A stretch of DNA of 63,987 nucleotides, counting the filler, from Basidiobolus ranarum (taxonomy: Eukaryota): the NCBI GenBank assembly GCA_040143965.1. It is 4 parts of 4 records of this genome, joined end to end, with 100 filler letters (N's around TTAATTAATTAA, not from the genome) between each part and the next. Parts side by side here need not be neighbours in the genome. Positions count along the whole stretch, not along the records: positions 1 to 16,879 come from JASJQH010000325.1; positions 16,980 to 33,855 come from JASJQH010000326.1; 2 more parts are not named here. The stretch is one strand, 5' to 3'. Both the position numbers and the translations under genes were made by a program. The stretch's first letter is position 1, and each line of letters begins with the position of its first letter. A model generated the notes under the pieces. It was not told where the DNA came from, searched no databases, and saw nothing but the letters and a program-made list of their open reading frames with translations. Below, piece by piece: positions 12,561-28,790 of the stretch.

Positions 12561-13646
12561 TCAAGAGTATGTTCTGATATCACTTTTGCATCCACTGATC
12601 AATGCTTGATTCTCTTCACTCGCGATAGATGCATCACTTCTCACCACTTCATCCCTTTTCTCACTAGCGGCTTGTTTACCTTCGATATATTTGCTTCCAG
12701 TAACTGTAAATAGACCAGAGAATATCAATGCCGCAGCGATGTAATCCATAGCACTCAAGTGATAATCAAAAAACCACGTTGAAAGGAAAGCAGTCATCAC
12801 GGGCTGTAGGGGTGTAAAGCTAGTTGTCAGTACTGGTCCGAAATTCTTGTTAGCCCAGCTTAGCACGGCAAACCCGAGCACACTCCCTACTATGACCGAA
12901 TACGCTAGACACATCCAAACTTTACTACCAATATGCCAACGCTCCGGAGCCATAATATCACCAGAGCCTAATGAACCGAGGAAACCTAGTACAAGAAGAG
13001 AGGAACCAGTGCAGAATGTCCAAGCTGTCACGTAGATAGGTGGGTACTTCTTCAACAAGGGCCTTTGCAAGAATACGGAACAAGCATATGAACTGGCGTT
13101 GATGATGAAAAAAACATTTCCAAGGAAGAGTTCGAAGCCTTCTTTACTTGGTTGGTTTGAGTCATTTTTGGGTAGTAGGATTAAAATTGCGCCAGCTAAG
13201 GATAATATGACTCCTACAATTTTACATAATCCAGTGAATCTCTTGGGAGAAACCATTTCCAAGCCAAGAATTCCAGCAAGTATTGTAGTAGTGGCGGGGA
13301 TTGTTTGCTGAATCAGGGACCCATTAAAAGCAGGTGCTAGCTTAAACCCAATGGTGTTGAATACTTGATTAAAGAAATTAGCGAATAAACCAAGACGTAA
13401 GAAAGGTAGCCAATCTTCCTTGTCAGGAATAAATTTTTCAGGTTTCTCCACCAAGTAAGCTAACAGAAAGAGTAAAGGGGTTGATATAATGTTGCGAAGG
13501 AATGTGAATAAGATGGGGTCGACTTGCTCTTCTCCTGTGAAGCACAACTTCACAGCTACGGCAAAGCCACCATACCCCATCTGGACGATGGCTAGAGAGA
13601 TACATACTATAAAGAAAAGATAACGACTGGGAGGGTTATTGCTCAT
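12561..13646 (-). CDS. EamA/DMT-family (WAT1/MtN21-like) membrane transporter, single exon
   Basis: ATG at 13646. About 10 hydrophobic segments in two repeats; motifs FTFLRNII, LQRPLLKKYPP, WANKNFGPVLTTSFTPLQPVMTA. Confidence 0.88.
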   Translation of the reverse strand: MSNNPPSRYLFFIVCISLAIVQMGYGGFAVAVKLCFTGEEQVDPILFTFLRNIISTPLLFLLAYLVEKPEKFIPDKEDWLPFLRLGLFANFFNQVFNTIGFKLAPAFNGSLIQQTIPATTTILAGILGLEMVSPKRFTGLCKIVGVILSLAGAILILLPKNDSNQPSKEGFELFLGNVFFIINASSYACSVFLQRPLLKKYPPIYVTAWTFCTGSSLLVLGFLGSLGSGDIMAPERWHIGSKVWMCLAYSVIVGSVLGFAVLSWANKNFGPVLTTSFTPLQPVMTAFLSTWFFDYHLSAMDYIAAALIFSGLFTVTGSKYIEGKQAASEKRDEVVRSDASIASEENQALISGCKSDIRTYS

Positions 13647-16434
13647 TTTTCTCTTTTTAATACACTTGGATTGGATAGAAGGATTTATCCAAGTGAGCAA
13701 TAAGTTAACTATCTGGTGCTTTATGTATACGAGCTACGCGGAGAAATTGAGGCCAAAATGGATTTTATCGATGAGAAAATTAATAACAAATGTGTGACGA
13801 ACGCACGATGCCATTTTTGATCTTGGTAGGTAATCTATCTTGTTTCACTATTGATCTATAATTAACTCTGTGAATATCACAGGGGCAGCGGAAGATTATA
13901 TTTGCCACTTACATTTGCGCAGATATTACTGAGTCAATGTGACGGCTTTGTGTAGTTGGTGAGTCAATTTCTTTGTCCCTGAAATTCCAATTTTCTCAGG
14001 ACTTTATCAACAGGCATGCACCTGTTGCGAATTGGCTCTGAGGTATGGGATTTACTACATGCAACTGTATCATTACAGACAAGCATCATGATGCAAACAT
14101 CCGGAATATGGATTATTATTACTCAGCACGATGTCCTGATTATGTTTGCACCCTTGTAGCAACCGCAGTTCTAGGTTTTCCTGCTAATGCGGAGAATACA
14201 GCCTACATTCGTACCTGTATCCTTCTCACCTTAGATGATGAAAGGCAGAATCGCCATCCAAGAGTTCTACATGAGAATGATCCACAATCACTCCTCGTGC
14301 GAATGCTTTGAAGGCCAATGCAGCAAAGCACACACATAATCATAACACCGCAGCACTGCTTCTTGCAGACAAGATGCCACAATTGACTCATCAATAGTAT
14401 AGATGATCTGCATTCCCAATGCTCTCTATCAAGCAAATCATCTATCTTCAATATCTGCAGTCAACAGCGTCTGAGCAAACTAGATTATGAATGTTACCTG
14501 TATTACCCGTATAGGTAGTGTTATCCGTACTCCAGAATGAGCAGTTAAAAGGGATCTACAGATCTTGTCAATGCAGAATATTCATACTTCACCTTCAGTA
14601 ATAGTATTGTTTGGACTGTGGTGTGGTACTGCGTCAATGAAGATACAGCAGATATTGGAGAAGCTTATTGTCAACAACCTACAGAAAGAGCAGTGATGTG
14701 TAGCATTAATCAGATGTTGGCGGACATAGCCTAATCCCACACACAGCCAACTGAATAAATTTCTATTTGTTCGATATTCAGCAAGACACCTCTGTACTAT
14801 GAGTGAGTTTAGATTTTACAGGTTTGCTGGAGATACGGACCCCATGCACTTATCCCAAATTTAAAAAAAAAGTAATACAGCCTCTTATTTGGGATAGAAT
14901 CGACCAAAAGTAGCTATTGTTCTTCCAAATACGTTTATATACTAGTAGAAAGACCAAAATGGTGTTTCTAGAATAGAAATATCCTGTGTACCAGATAGGC
15001 TTTTTGTTGAGCGTAACAATAGAAATGTGACCAGTTTGGCCCAAATTCTTTTCCAAATTTATACAAAAAGCTTTACCAAAACCCAACCACGATTTGATGG
15101 CTTTCACTTATATTTAAGATACCGTGGTGGTTGCACTTTGTTTCTTTTCTATGAATGAATCCGAGCTTTAATATATAGTCAAGGTCAAGAACTATTCTAG
15201 GTGATTGGCTTCATCTTGCTATTGATGATGATGGAAATGTTACGAGTTGTTTCTCTGACTCAGGAAGGATTTAGATAGGGGAATCCCTGTCAGCGGAACA
15301 CTATATTTGGAGGATGTTTCTCCAGATACTTTATGTAGAAACATCGTTTTGTGAATGGTTGGCGAACTACTACGAATGTACTGCAATAGTTAAATCATCT
15401 ATTCCTCATCTCATTTTCCATGTAGTAGAAGTCAAGCATGCACTGGCTCTTCGTTTCAAGTTGTGATCCATGATCTCGATCTTTATGCATGGAATTTGTA
15501 CTTGATTGAAAATATTAGATTAGTATCAATTAAAACTGATACCGTTTAAGTTCGATATCGATTGCATGGCACTGATTAATAAGGAATGTGAGTAAACAAA
15601 ATGGAACTAGAACATTAGTCAGCATCTATTTAAGGTAGTCTGGTCCACACGTGCACCATAAATATCCACCCAGTTACAATGGCTTTGCTTCATAATATTA
15701 TTGAGAAAAATCAGAACAATGTTTTACTTTTAAGACCTTGACAGTGCGCATATTCGCTTATATAAATATCGTATATTCAAATGACCCCTCTCCATCTTGA
15801 TATAGCTTGGAACAAGTATATATGAAAGATATCAAAACACTCTAGGAATAATCCATCAGCGAATTACTTTGCTTAGTCTTCCACTGTTATTAATTGAACT
15901 GAAGCATACCACCTGTCAAATGAAGTTTGTGTGGCCACCATGCTCTCTATTCTGTGCACGTTACTCACATGCCCATACATTCTCTGCTCTTATAAAACCA
16001 ATGATTCACATAGCTTGCACACATATGTATGAAATATTTCTTTTCATGATACCTCGGGTGCATACAGCCAATCACAAATATGTTCCATAATATTAGCAAA
16101 TGTAGCAATTGCAATTGCAAATATTAGTGCTCTTGTCCTGACAACTAGTTGGCTGCAAATATTAATTGGAGAGCTTAGTATTGAGTTTTAATATTAAAGC
16201 CTTCTCAAATGGCATTACCCAATGATACAACTTGAAATATTGAATAAAATTCAAAGCTTGGATATATTCAAAGCCAGTTAAGTGAAAATGTCCTATTTAT
16301 GATCACAATGATAGTTGTTATATCTATGTCTATACATCTCACTATGCTATATATCACATCCAATGTGGTTAAATATACTAGTCAAGTATCACATAGTTGA
16401 ACATCAGTTTGTAAGAAAGTAGCAGAGTAATACC

Positions 16435-16879
16435 TAAAGTTTGGAGATATAGAGAAGTTTGTGGTTTTAACTTATTGATTTATTGTGTTTAAAGTTAACA
16501 TTTATACTTTTGTCAGGATGTAGGCAAACTAACATTTAAAAAGTGTTAAGGAAGGTCTCAGAAACATGTGTGCAAAGCTTGGAGAGTTCATATTGTTGGA
16601 TAATCAATCTTTATTCAACATCATAGTTAACTTAGTTATGATACATATATCGGAAACAGAAAGCAATGTATCTATAGCCCCTGTTTTCTAAGTAGGAATA
16701 TCTCTATATCTATATAACAAGTATGTCTCATTACCCCATATTCTCTTAAGAATAAAGTAACTAAAACATGTTAAAGTATTTGGGAGCCTGTTGGAAGTGG
16801 TTTGGAGAATTAGAGGAATTGGTGGTTTTCACTTGTTGATTTATTGAGTAGAAAGTTAACATTTATAGTTTTGTCAAGA
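16435..16879 (-). mobile_element. LTR cluster: two LTR-A fragments (about 16435-16585 and 16769-16879) flanking an LTR-B-like copy (16594-16768)
   Basis: 16769-16879 is the reverse complement of the 3' end of LTR 50196-50524. 16594-16768 (TGTTGG...AAACA) matches 31837-32092 with an internal deletion. Confidence 0.8.
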
Positions 16880-16979
16880 NNNNNNNNNNNNNNNNNNNNN
16901 NNNNNNNNNNNNNNNNNNNNNNNTTAATTAATTAANNNNNNNNNNNNNNNNNNNNNNNNNNNNNNNNNNNNNNNNNNNN
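16880..16979. other. Artificial contig spacer (44 N + TTAATTAATTAA + 44 N)
   Basis: Identical structure at all three gaps; the linker has stops in all six frames. Confidence 0.97.
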
Positions 16980-17415
16980 TATGTATCTTTTTCAATTTCT
17001 TCTGATTCATCGGAAGAGTCATTTAAAGGGAGGAACTTAGTCTTTGTATGAGAGTAATAGATTAGACAAAAGGCAAGATTAAAAGTTAAAGGTTGGAAAG
17101 TTTCTCAATGATTACCAACGGCTTCATTATTATGCTTAGAAAGCCTTTGTGTTTACTTGAACAAAGTCAAGTGTAAAAACTAGCATAAGTTAGTGGATAT
17201 ATCTAATGTATTTTACACGTCTTCAGAAAAATCCAAATATGTTCGTGTTTTATTTGGACACGAATGTAAATGACCCTATGTACACAATACATATCTTCCT
17301 AGGAATATGTTGATTTGTTTGAAATCTATCAAAACTCAACTTTTACGTTGTCGCAAACTCTACAAACCCTAACCCTAATTTTTCAATTCAACTACGTGAA
17401 TTGATCTAGTTGTCA

Positions 17416-17416
17416 G

Positions 17417-17465
<49 letters not shown>

Positions 17466-17470
17466 TACCA
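17416..17470. repeat. (CTA)n microsatellite
   Basis: About 15 CTA units read directly, with a degenerate 3' end. Confidence 0.92.
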
Positions 17471-17958
17471 CCACTCCTACTGCTTTCGTAGATCTAGAAA
17501 TTTGATTAATTAGTAAGATATGTAAACAGGAAATAAATTTCTATCCTCCATTCGCACAAACCTGTGGAGTTCACCCATTCGCTTAAAGGTTTATTGTCCT
17601 GGAAGGTACACCTTGTATTACTGTACATCCTTAATCCCATCTTCATCCTCAACTAAAAATAGCGCTAGTATTGTTGGTTCATGTATTTCACCATACATGA
17701 TAGTTGCTTCTCAAAACGGCTCTCAATACTACTGTCCCACTATAGTTTCGGAAATTGCTCGAATCATTGACCGCTTGCAACCTAACCTAATGTTAATATA
17801 GGCATGATGTGCAAATAGTGGTGCTCCATTGGTTAGCTAAAATCCAAAATTGGCCCGCAAAGGAAAGATGGGTGAGAAATACTCTTTAGGGTAATTGCCT
17901 TTAATAACCTATGCCCTTATAGTACGGTCAAGCGTTACTCTCAGCTCTTCATTCGACC

Positions 17959-20669
<2,711 letters not shown>

Positions 20670-20875
20670 TATTGTAACCCCGTTTTATTGTCAATGGCTA
20701 TTTCCTAGCTGGAAAGGGATAGGATAGATTTAGTAAATAAACAAATATGCCCTTTCACATCCATCAAGTCAGTATTTGCTCCACTTTATTCACGAAAGTT
20801 TATGCTTAGGTAATCCAATTATGCAGTGAAGGTATATGAAATAGTACAAGAGAGTGAATGCATGTGATTACTTAT

Positions 20876-22599
20876 TTACTTGAGCCTGGACAATAAGGCG
20901 ACAGGATTCTCTAGCAGGTTCTTCCAATCATTGGAGAATCTGGCCATAGTGGCACCATCTACTACTCTGTGATCTGCGGACCAGCTAATTTGCATGATCT
21001 CTTTGGGTACCACAACCTGCATCTCTTTGCCTGTCTGTGAATCCTGGATGGTCTCATATCGGGGAAGTTTCTGGATTTTACCTAAGGCACCAATACAGAG
21101 TTCAGATGAAACAACCACTGGTGAGAGGTAGGTTCCTCCGATAACACCAATGTTAGACAAAGAGATGGTTCCGCTCTTTAGATCGTTAGCAGAGAGGGCC
21201 CCCTTCTTACCAGCCTCTTGAAGTCTATTCAATTCAGCAGCGATGTCTAAGATCGATTTGTTCTGACAGTCTTTGATGTTGGGAACAATCAACCCGGCAG
21301 GAGTATCCATGGCCACACCAATATTATGCGAACCACGGTACTCAAGCTTAGCCTGAGAGATCTCTTCGGAGTCAATCAATCGAGCGTTTAATATGGGGTA
21401 ATTCTCCAAAGCGATCGAAAGAGTCTTGATAAAGATCGGCATGTAAGAGATCTTTTTGAAGGGATAAAGCTCAGATTTGCTCACATATTCATTGATAGCC
21501 TTTCGTACGGATGTACATTGGTTCAACTCGATCTCATCAGAGTATCCAAAGTGGGGGATTTGAAGGGATTTGGACATGGCCTTGAACATGGCTTTTTGGA
21601 TGTTGTTGAGTGGTTTGATCTCATTTCCAATCACTGGCTCAGTGTGGGTTACGGGAGGTGCAGCCACGAATGAATCCACTATGGGTGTAGCTGGCTTCGA
21701 TCCATTTATGAATCTCAAAATGTCCTCCTTAAGCACACGTCCAGACTTTCCGGTACCTTCAATCTGGACGACATCAAGGCCATGCTCTCGAGCTAACCGA
21801 CGTACGGCTGGGGTAGCAAGAGATAAGATTCGTTCCTCAATCACTCTCTTGGCTGGTATAGATGGTTCAGAACTGCTGATTGAAGAAATATTCTCCACTG
21901 GATTCTCGGTAACACTAGGCTTGACCTCTTCACCAGAAGCCTCATCCGTTTCAATATCCACTAATGGTTGACCTACTTTGGCCATTTGACCTACTTCATA
22001 ATGAAGTGATTTGACCACACCATCATAACGTGAGGATATCTCCACTGAGGCTTTATCCGATTGAACTTCACAAATCTTATCGAATTGGGCAATCTGTTCA
22101 CCTGGTTTGACGAACCTAAATTGATGAAGATATGAGTGATTCAAGTCAATAAGAACTCATCCACTCAGTAAATATGAAAATTACCATTGAATAACCTCAC
22201 ACTCGGTAATTCCTTCCCCAATATCTGCCAATAAAAAGGGAACTACCGCGTTGGTCGGTGTTGTGGTATGGAAAGAAGCAAAAGAAGGGAATTTTCTAGG
22301 GTTTAAAGTGGGAACTTTCTGGGAGTCAGTAACGACTTGTGGACGCTGAAATTAAGAAAAATATGGTTAAATATTGGAACTCTCTAGTGTACCATATATC
22401 TTATGAGAGTAACCTTATTCACAAGAGTACTCAGTGGCTGCCCAGTACGAACACCATATACTGAAAACTAGTAAATAAAAATGAAACTCGTTAGAAGGTC
22501 GCCTCGGAAATATCTCACAAAGAACTTTACAATGTTGGGTTTACGAATTGTGTGAAGTGGCACTCTAAGACGAGAAGTTGTACGTGGTAATAGATTCAT
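20876..22599 (-). CDS. DBT: Branched-chain alpha-ketoacid dehydrogenase E2 (dihydrolipoamide transacylase), mitochondrial, multi-exon
   Basis: Lipoyl domain [20 protein letters not shown]3-binding ATPAVRRLA, catalytic [12 protein letters not shown]. Arg-rich presequence from the ATG at 22599. Confidence 0.93.
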
Positions 22600-23856
22600 G
22601 ACAAAGTACTCTTCAAAGGGGGGAGTATAACAGTGGTAGGTAAGTGTAGTCAGGGGAAACTCAAGGGTTTAATAGGAATTGACGACGTAAGAAATATTAA
22701 AGAGATACTCTAGTAACGTGGGAAACATAGTCTCGAGCCACTCGATTGATTGGTTACAAGGGTGGGAAAATCGAAAGGAAAGAAAATTTGGTAGATTATG
22801 TTATTGTGAGGTCAATTGACTTAAACAATTTAGGTTGCAATGGTGGAGATATAAGCATGCAATAGATAGGATGGATTCACTAGTTAAACGTCATGTAAGT
22901 ACAATGCCAAACTTTACTTATCTCTCCCAATATTTTACCACGGTCCGTGGGAATTCATTTCAATCCCAGTCACATTATTCCTCCCAGCTGACTTGCTTCT
23001 TTCACTTAGTGACGGTCCCACTGTCTCTTCTGAGATTCCAGTTGCATCCCAGCCAATCACTGGTGGTACAATGAATGGCAATGAGTACATTTTTACCAAT
23101 CAAACATTAAACAGGTATTTTGATTTGATGATTGTTGATTTGATGATTGATTCAGTAATAACGTCTAGTTAATGCTTAATTATGGCTGGATCATATATGG
23201 TGATTTCGACTATTAGCATTGATGGAAGTCGGGGCTTAATAAGAAGGGAGGGGATTCCTCAGAGCTGTTCAGTCCTTGCTCTATTTATGTGGGGTTTACC
23301 ATCAATATCACGAATCCTCTCATCAAAAGAAACCAAGTTTGTCATCCCTTCTTCAATCTTACGTGCCATCGAGATTAAGGGTTTGGTGATTTGGTGATAT
23401 GATGGCTACTATCAACATCAATCTCTCCTCTAGTGACAAAAAAGGCACTAATGAATCTAGTAGAACATTTATCTTAGCACTTTGTTCATCCAAAGGCATA
23501 CTTGGATTAGAGGGAGAATTGACAGTTAGAGATATTTGTCTTATGAGCTTGTCGTAGGGAATGCGTGACAGTATCTAGCACTTTAGTAGTGATGCTGTCT
23601 CTTCAAAAAGAGAGACGGAAATTTGTTCAGGTTTGCCTAAAGAAAATTAGTGGGAAGTAGCGGTCAAAGCACGCTAGGCACCCCCTATAAAAGATCGGGG
23701 ATTTTCTAGGGTCACTTGGAATATAAATTACGTAGGTGAGTGGGATATTATTGAACTAGTAACATTAGATTGACTTATCTTTTAGTTTGATTAAGAGGAT
23801 ATTTATTTACTAATTATAAATTACAGGTGGATTAGATCTATATTGGGAACAGCCAA

Positions 23857-24330
23857 TTACTGCTTGGACCTGACCATGACTTGTGCGTGATATACGGTCC
23901 GAATGGATTGTAACGATTTTGGATTGACAAAGAATAGAAACTCTTTGTCTGGCAGCTCAGCCCTCAATATATCCCGCATTTCATCTCTAGTAAATGGCTT
24001 ACGACACCACAAGACAAGATGCTGGATACTGGGGTCTAGATTGTACGGGAAGTCATTCGGAACAAGGCAAAAGTCTTTTCCAGGGATCGCATTGCCCTCC
24101 GAATCTATCCAACCCAGTTTGACTTGCTGTATGTACTGATCCATGCTGCCGTACTTCTGTTTAATTTTGAGTGTTTGTTTCTCGTAGGCTCTTTGCACTT
24201 CAGCTGAGCGGGGTAGCTTGAGAACCTGACCGGATTCAAGCATATCCACAATATACTCCCAACCAAAGTAAATGGAATCTTTGCCGCTTATAGGAAAGCT
24301 TGTTGCGGTAGGATGTACAGTTGCTAGCAT
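23857..24330 (-). CDS. DUF3605 family protein (GIG1-like), single exon
   Basis: Motifs NDFPY..IQHLVLW and FVNPKSLQSI..H. First ATG at 24330. Confidence 0.8.
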   Translation of the reverse strand: MLATVHPTATSFPISGKDSIYFGWEYIVDMLESGQVLKLPRSAEVQRAYEKQTLKIKQKYGSMDQYIQQVKLGWIDSEGNAIPGKDFCLVPNDFPYNLDPSIQHLVLWCRKPFTRDEMRDILRAELPDKEFLFFVNPKSLQSIRTVYHAQVMVRSKQ

Positions 24331-25004
24331 GTCTTTAGATAGGTAATAAAAGTGTTGCTCGTACTGTACCACTAGCTACCTTTTTATATCTTTCTTTGGT
24401 GTGATATAAACAAATCCGATTCATTCATACTGACGTCAAATGGTCGCTCTATAGAGAAGCACAACGAATGCACGTTTAGCCATCCATCTTCCGATTGAAC
24501 AAGATCATGGGGATATCCAGATGGTTAGCTTTTCTCAATAGAATGAGAGATTCTATTTCGAATCAACCAGGAATATCAAATTCTGGATCGTGATGGATTT
24601 TCTTTCTCCAGATCTCCATACTAGCAAGATTTACTCGCTATGACGAATCCCATCCTCAGTCATTAGTCATAAATGTTAGTAATTCCATCAGGTCAGGTGA
24701 TCATCGACGGAGATTCCTTCCGGTTTGTATGGTATTATAATCTGATGAAATCATTTGCCGAGAATACCTGATTAATCAACTCATCTGGCTTTAGTTGCGC
24801 AGCGCATATACACATACGCACATACCAACTTCGGATACACTATTACCTGTATACTACGCACACTATTTCTTCTTTTGACTCCTATTCTCCTTTACTTCAG
24901 TGACCGATATTACTCTATTAAGAACGTTACGTATCATTTACTTCTTATCAGTTAGCTCTTTTCTTTTCCGTGAAAGGTTACTAGTGTTGTAGTGAAGTTT
25001 TGAA

Positions 25005-28000
25005 ATGTTTAATTTTGAGGGGGATTTCAAGTCCAAGAGAAGTATCAACTTGGGCGGTTCTCGTCAACAACAAGATAAAAAAGAATTATTAAGAAAAGCT
25101 CAACTAGAGCGTAAAAAGCGAGAACAATCTCGAAAACGAGAACGTTCCGCTCTATTAATCCAGGTAAAATATAAGTTCTTTTTTTGAAAATAAACTTTAC
25201 AACTAGTAGATCGATTATATTGGGTTTTTAACTTATCTCACTTTTTGTTTAAAGAGCTTCTATCGTGGCCGTAAAAACGCTGGTTTGTTGCGTTCGAAAC
25301 TACGTTTGCAATGGGATGAAACTTTTAAAAAAGTTAACACTGGAGAGGTGAATTCTAAGTTGTTCTTCGAGTTATTAAGAGGACTAGTATTATTCTATCG
25401 ACCCACACTTGATGAGAGTAGAGCTATCTCTCTGGCAACTCTACAATCTGAATCCAACTCGCTAAACGACAATGACAACAATCGCAACATTTCCTGTGAT
25501 GATATGGGTATTGAGAAGGAGATTTATATACATACATTGAGAAAAGGGTGCTACGTATTCTTGAGTTGCTTTGTTCACTCCGGCGATTCCAATTTGTTAA
25601 AAAGTTTACTTTTCTTGACTGATTCGAAGAATTACCGAAAGACGGAATCTACTATTGAGACAAAGTAGGTTCTTATTAATATCTTCAGTAACGTAATACT
25701 ATGTATCTTAATGTCATTTTATGACCTACAGAAAGACGATTCTTGAAATACTTGGTAGCTTGATTCAAAAAGGAATGTATCAGCTTCTCAGAGAATACTT
25801 AATACAAGTGAGTGGAAAAAATGAATCTACATCGTTCCTATATAACAGTTAACTAACAGTAAATTGGACCTCATCAAGTTATCGGAGCATTCAACAGAAA
25901 CCGATGTCAGCAAGCTATTATTAAGAATATTCTTCTATACAAGTCCTCAAGAAGAATTACACAAACTATCGATAAAGCAATTAATCACCTATATTATGAG
26001 TGTCCCCTTGTTGCCAAATCGCTTGAAATTCGAAGGGGTCCTTTATTTCTCTCGAAATCTTCCTTTCTTAGAAGTGTTGAATCAAATAGCAGGGGGAAAA
26101 CTACAGATCGACGAGAGCTCTCTGTTGCCATTGCTAAGTAACATTCTGGCATTTGGGCACAAAAGGGTGGAGAAAATGGATAGAGAGACCAAGGTATGTT
26201 GGCATTTTCTTGGTTTATAATTCACCGACTTTCTAACTAAAATGGAATCATCTAGTTAACGTACGTTAAGGTGCTTCATGATCTTGTCGTTCGCATACCG
26301 AGGAACGCACTTGAGGATCCCACAACCCGTCCAGGTAGATATTTACATTAGTTTCTAAAAAAAACTACATATCCACATATTTACTTATCTCTACGTTTCA
26401 AATGATGCTTCTATAGATATTAAAACTGAGATAGACTCTGATGAATCAGATGAAGAATATGAAGGGCAATCGGAAGTAACTCCCATGGAGACAGACGAGC
26501 TGCTTATTCAGAATAAATTACAAAAATGGCTGAAACTGATGTACGAGCCAGCGCACCTATCGAGTATTTTGCAACCGCTAACGAGTCGTGACGTGACGGC
26601 GGATCAAGAAGAGGAATTTTACTTGGCCATGCATTTGATAATTAACTTATTATCACGGTGGCCTATTTCAAGGCAAAACATATTCAACTATCTCCTATTC
26701 AACAATGACGTCCCTTTCCTAAAGGTAGCTTGGAGCACCTTCAAAGAGTCTGCGTTGTCGAGTAAACTAAAGGAGACCAAAATACCCAACAATCTGTTCA
26801 GTGGGGAACAATTCCAAATGGAGTGGGCAGCAATCATTCTCGTTATTGAGATATACGCCAGAGTATTGATCACACTAGGCGATGATGAGTTCTTTGGAGA
26901 CAAAAACCCATTGTCTATCGTGGAAGTTGTCGAGTTATCGGGAATCTTGAGAAACTTGACATTTAATCTATATTGGAACGAGAGCCAGATTGAATTGAGA
27001 AATGATGTATCAGGTACCTCGATTCCAATCATAGAGCTTCGCACTATCAGTACTAAATTGTTGCAACAGATCCATGCGAGAGAGTCGAGAAAAAAATTCA
27101 CACCATTAGATCACTGGCTAATGAAGAGTGAATTAAATGGTATTGAGCAGTTCGCCAACTTAGTTGTAGCAGAGGAGGAGGAATTTCGCAATGAGGAGAA
27201 ATCAAATCCAAAAATTGTTGGTTCCAAACTGGCCATTCTGCACAACATACCCTTTGTTATCCCTTTCGAGGACCGAGTCTATATATTCCGAAGATTTGTA
27301 CTTGGTGATAAAGCACACTTGCCAATGGCCAACTACTTTGGACCTCTACATGGTGCCAAGGCCGTAATAAGAAGAGACCATACCTTTGAGGATGGTTATG
27401 ACCACTTGAACGGACTGGGCGCTGGATTGAAGTCTAGGATAGCCATCACTTTCATCGATCGATTTGGCCTTGAAGAGGCAGGTATCGATGGCGGAGGTAA
27501 GTAGTAGTTCATACACATGCAGAGTGTCTTCCGATGTACTTACACATCTGAATTAGGGGTCTTTAAGGAGTTTCTTACCGGTTTGGCCAGACAGGCTTTT
27601 GATACCGATTATGGACTTTTCTTGAATACTGTGGATCAAAAATTGTACCCCAATCCACATGCATTCGCACAAGAGGATACACAACTGGGGCATTATGAAT
27701 TCTTGGGAAGAATCATGGGCAAAGCACTCTATGAGGGAATATTGGTAGATGTAGCTTTTGCTGGATTCTTCTTGAGCAAGCTACTTGGAAGATTGAATTT
27801 CTTGGATGACTTGCCCACTCTTGATCCAGAATTGTATCGTGGATTGATCTATTTAAAGAATTGCGACAGAGAAGAGGTCCAAAATCTATCACTTACCTTC
27901 ACCGTCATAAGTGATGAATTAGGAGTGAAGAAAGAGCTGGAATTGATCCCTGGGGGTTCAAAAATCCCGGTTACTCTAGAGAATAGGATTGAGTATATTT

Positions 28001-28554
28001 ACCGAGTAGCCAACTATCGACTAAACGATCAGATATACAAGCAATGCAGAGCATTTTTCCGCGGTCTAACTGACTTGATAGAACCTAATTGGCTGAAGAT
28101 GTTCAACCAACAAGAGCTTCAAGTGTTATTAGGAGGTGCCCAAGTCCCCATCGACCTTGACGATCTGAAAAGCAATATTGTTTATGAAGGCAAATACTTT
28201 GAATCTCATCCAGTTATCAAGAACTTCTGGGAGGTGGTACACGAGTTTAAACCAGATGAAAAAGAGAAATTGGTCAAATTCATCACCAGTTGCTCCAGAC
28301 CACCTTTACTCGGATTTAAGGAGTTGAGTCCCAAGATGTGTATTACCAGTGCGGGTGAAGATGATACCAGATTGCCTACATCCTCCACTTGCGTTAATCT
28401 ACTAAAACTGCCGCAGTTTAGTAGTAAAGCGATATTAAGAGAGTAAGTGATAATCAACCCCATCTAAGCTTCACCTTGACTAACTCATCGTAACATTTAT
28501 TACAGGAAATTAAGATACGCCATTAACTCAGAGGCTGGTTTCGATTTATCCTAA
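25005..28554 (+). CDS. HUL5: HECT E3 ubiquitin ligase, Hul5/UBE3C family, multi-exon
   Basis: N-terminal FEGDFKSKRSINLGG plus IQ motif; NIPFVIPFEDRV; EAGIDGGGVFKEFL; catalytic RLPTSSTCVNLLKLP; ends AGFDLS* (TAA 28552-28554). Confidence 0.93.
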
Positions 28555-28790
28555 AAGCATTAATGTTCCTCGTTAATCCTTCCCTTTACGTTCATTATCT
28601 AAACACATTCATACTGTACAATTAATACTATTGTGATTTTTACTCCATGGTAAAATTCCCATGAAATAAATACACGTATCTAGGAATGAATTCCGTAAGT
28701 AAGCATATCAATAGCCAATTTTGAAGCGAATAATTAAGTGTGATTGTGATATTGTTTATTACAATGGTATAAGAAAGAATCCCAATGGAC

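Noticed and set aside
14200-15600. Possible decayed MULE/SWIM transposase on the minus strand (C.DY....WPSKH)
   Set aside because: One weak motif, no sustained frame, no terminal repeats. Needs a frameshift-aware profile search.
15850-16300. Possible PIF/Harbinger transposase C-terminal remnant on the minus strand
   Set aside because: The resemblance needs several frame changes and could be chance.
16880-16979. TTAATTAATTAA as a biological palindrome or piggyBac target
   Set aside because: Identical placement in the middle of all three N runs shows it is an assembly linker.
17416-17470. (CTA)n run as a telomere or CRISPR-like array
   Set aside because: Simple internal microsatellite with no spacers. 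No CRISPR array, rRNA or tRNA gene was recognised anywhere in the window.
22835-23700. Short ORFs between DBT and DUF3605
   Set aside because: No motif, splice structure or codon bias supports them.
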